Assembly (NCBI GenBank): GCA_965235115.1
Contig: OZ249445.1
Coordinates: forward strand, 806,001-870,000
Direction: 5' to 3'
Source: Laetmonice hystrix
Taxonomy: Eukaryota
DNA length: 64,000 nucleotides
In this document: piece after piece, positions 61,443 to 64,000 of the stretch
Layout: each line of letters begins with the position of its first letter
Numbering within the stretch: position 1 is the stretch's first letter
Position numbers and translations under genes: made by a program
Notes under the pieces: model-generated
Told to the model about the DNA's origin: nothing
Databases searched by the model: none
What the model saw: the letters and a program-made list of their open reading frames with translations, nothing else

Positions 61443-63484
61443 ATGCCCGCCCTGGAGCAGGCCGTCACTGACCCGTACTTGTGTCCACCACCCATCGTGC
61501 TGTCCCCCATACCGTCGTTTGACTGCTATCATATCCTCAGACGGATCCCCACAGAGCAGGTCACTCCTCCCGGCGGGTCGGGCCTGGACACGCCGCCCGT
61601 CACCTCCAGGGACTCGGCCGTCTTTGTCAACATGGTCATGGACCGGCTGGCAAGAGGGCTCACCGCCACCCTGGAGGACGCTGAGGTTGTGGTGGAAGAG
61701 GGTGGTGACCTGGGAGGTCAGACAGACAAGTCAGGAGTTTCACCCCTCGCTACCCCACCCGTCATCACCCGTCTGTCCACTGTGCCACTCTGCCTTCTCC
61801 CACCAGGCGGCGCTGCGGACGACCAAACCTCCGACCCGAGTGACGACTGTAGAGTCTCAATGGCGGCGTCCTACCTTAGCGCTGTGACCACTCAGGAAAC
61901 ACATTCCCTCGAGACGGGTTCCTTGTCAAGGTCATCGACCCTGACCCTGCCGGACGGTGACAGGCCATGTGACATGTCGGTTCCGTCGCTGTTGACAAGG
62001 GACGCCAGCGGTGACACGCTGTCCCCACCACATAACTTTGATCCAGCGGTGGTTAACCGGTGGAACGCTGCAGACTGCTCTCCTGCGGCGCCCGTTACAC
62101 ATGACGTCACACAAACAATGCCACTAAGTTTGGTTATACCTCGAAATAACTCTGAAAGGTCTACGCAAATCAGGAAAAAGCGTTCCAAGAAGAGCGTAGA
62201 TCGTGTGAGATTTAACACTTTGGTTAAAGTTAACACAGCGGGAAAGGCTGTACTTGCACCGAAAGTGTCGCCATCTACAGGAAAGAGGCGGCCTCTGACG
62301 TCACGAGTACCTGCAAACAGCGGGCAGACAACTGTGACGTCACGATCACCTGCAAACAGCGGGCGCACAACTGTGACGTCACGATCACCTGCAAACAGCC
62401 GGCGCACAACTGTGACGTCACAATCACCTGCAAACAGCCGGCGCACAACTGTGACGTCACAATCACCTGCAAACAGCAGGCAGACAAATGTGACGTCACG
62501 ATCCCCTGCAAACAGCGGGCAGACAACTGTGACGTCACGATCACCTGCAAACAGCGGGCAGACAACTGTGACGTCACGATCACCTGCAAACAGCGGCAGA
62601 CGGTCAAGTCGAAGTCGGCGCAGCACGGTAATCGTGAAAACATGGTCGCTGCGACCGAGGACAATGAGACAATGCAATCTTGTGGGAGAATCTAAATCAG
62701 AACAGGTAAGAGCAAATTTGTGTTCTCATTAGATTATGAGTAGACTCTAGCATGAAGTATTTAGTATGTTCAATCCTAGTTTAAGTTTCTTAAGGTGTCC
62801 CTGTACACGACGGTTGATAATTTCCGAATATATAAAATCTATATAGGCTACCCGTAAAATTAAAAGGTATAATCAAAGGAATTTTACGCTTTACAGAAAT
62901 CGAAGTCCATAAAAACGACTTTGCCAAGAGTACCCCGGGAGAGAATGAGCCCTGCACAGTTTACATTAGAGACCTGTCTACCGTGGACATCCTGGCAACT
63001 AGGGATTGCAGCCGAACCACCCAAAAAGGGCCGCGCCAATTGGTCAATGAGGCGTTCTGTAACCGGCGATTTTATTGGCTTCCACAACAATAAACTGTTT
63101 CGAGAAACGAGACAGAGGGGCTCAGCTATGTATGAAGTGGCAGTGCAGGATGCACGTAGTTGTAAGAAGAAAGTCGTCTACTACCACACAACGCTGGGCT
63201 CCGAGCTGGACCGGTCCTGGGATCTGGTTATCTTCAAAAACAAACCCCATGTCGTCAGGCAGGTGGATGACGTCATACGTCATGGCTGTAAGGTGTACGT
63301 TCGACGCGCCGTCCTCTCCGCCAATCAAATCGTGTGTAACATAGAGCGAAGGAAGACTGTGGTGCGGAGTCTGAGTGCACTGAGGACGCTCATTAAGAGA
63401 TCATACGATTACGCGTGGAACGAACGCCGGGAGGACCGTGTGAACATTCGTGGCGGGTTGACATTATCAAACGACACACTCTGA
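61443..63484 (+). CDS. Long disordered protein with a C-terminal ET/HRT-like (GIY-YIG-related) domain, ~616 aa
   Basis: Exon 61406-62705 (acceptor ttttcctccag, first in-frame ATG inside the exon at 61443, donor cag|gtaaga) joins in phase 0 to exon 62897-63484 (tttacag|AAA), fusing ORFs 61389-62732 and 62921-63484. C-terminal motifs SWQLGI, AMYEVAV, VVYYHT, DDVIRHGCKVYVRRA, YDYAWN; basic patch IRKKRSKK. Confidence 0.7.
62310..62597 (+). repeat. Coding 39-bp / 13-aa repeat x~7 (SPANSGQTTVTSR)
   Basis: In frame within the 447-aa ORF; each unit contains GTGACGTCAC. Confidence 0.93.
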
Positions 63485-63792
63485 TTATTGTTGTCAGAAT
63501 AATTTAATATACTGCAAGCATGTGAATTTTACGTCGGGAACGGAGGGTTTCATTCTGCTCTCTGGTAATCATGATCATTAATTATGTGCACTGGTTTATA
63601 TACAAGTATACCCCTACCATTTTCACGTGCAAATCATGATCCTAATAAAATGAATCTCTTCAATCCAAAGTTTACAGACTTTTTCCTTATTGAGATTCCT
63701 GATATATATTCGTGTGGTGACCCCCGTTTGGTGCGGTTTTCCTATAGTAAATCCCCATTGTATTCAACTCCTGGATCAGCCCGCCATGTTGT

Positions 63793-64000
63793 TGTGGGCA
63801 TAGCTTATCTCTGAGCTCTCAGAGATAAGCTATGCCCACAGCTTATCTCTGAACTTATCTCTGAGCTTATCTCTGAGCTTATCTCCGAGCTCTCAGAGAT
63901 AAGCTATGCCCACAGCTTATCTCTGAGCTCTCAGAGATAAGCTCAGAGATAAGCTCAGAGATAAGCTCAGAGATAAGCTCAGGGATAAGCTCAGAGATAA
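63793..64000. repeat. Palindromic 12-bp (ctcagagataag) array, truncated by the window end
   Basis: 23-bp-arm hairpin tgtgggcatagcttatctctgag-ct-ctcagagataagctatgcccaca (63793-63840), then units in both orientations. Confidence 0.9.

Noticed and set aside
61892-62677. 261-aa minus-strand ORF
   Set aside because: Antisense shadow of the GC-rich repeat-containing exon of the ET-like gene.

Overview
Eukaryotic (invertebrate-like, intron-rich) genomic DNA; no prokaryotic features. Five protein-coding loci can be built exon by exon with consistent splice phases. (1) A + strand, probably 5'-incomplete gene combining acidic SIM-like motifs, a C3HC4 RING resembling the RNF216/RBR RING1, and a PARP12/TIPARP-type mono-ADP-ribosyltransferase domain with a ~136-aa insertion (2637-8982). 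(2) An 8-exon tetraspanin (16418-24319, +). (3) A 20-exon PSMD2/Rpn1 (25734-34361, -), head-to-head with (4) KIF17/OSM-3 kinesin-2 (36368-56378, +). (5) A spliced gene at 61.4-63.5 kb (+) whose C-terminal domain carries colinear motifs of the plant EFFECTOR OF TRANSCRIPTION/HRT GIY-YIG-like domain, with apparently degenerate catalytic residues. Roughly 18 kb (about 28%, hand estimate) is tandem minisatellite made of about 25 unrelated, locally derived units. Many arrays sit on exon-intron boundaries, and three contain 6-17 tandem copies of a real splice acceptor of which only the last gives an intact protein. Two TTAA-flanked Kolobok-type MITEs, RFX X-box-rich promoter regions and CTCF-like sites are also visible. 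The strongest leads are the ET-like gene, the SIM-RING-PARP fusion and the decoy-acceptor arrays. All family assignments come from recognised motifs and remembered sequences; no database search was run.
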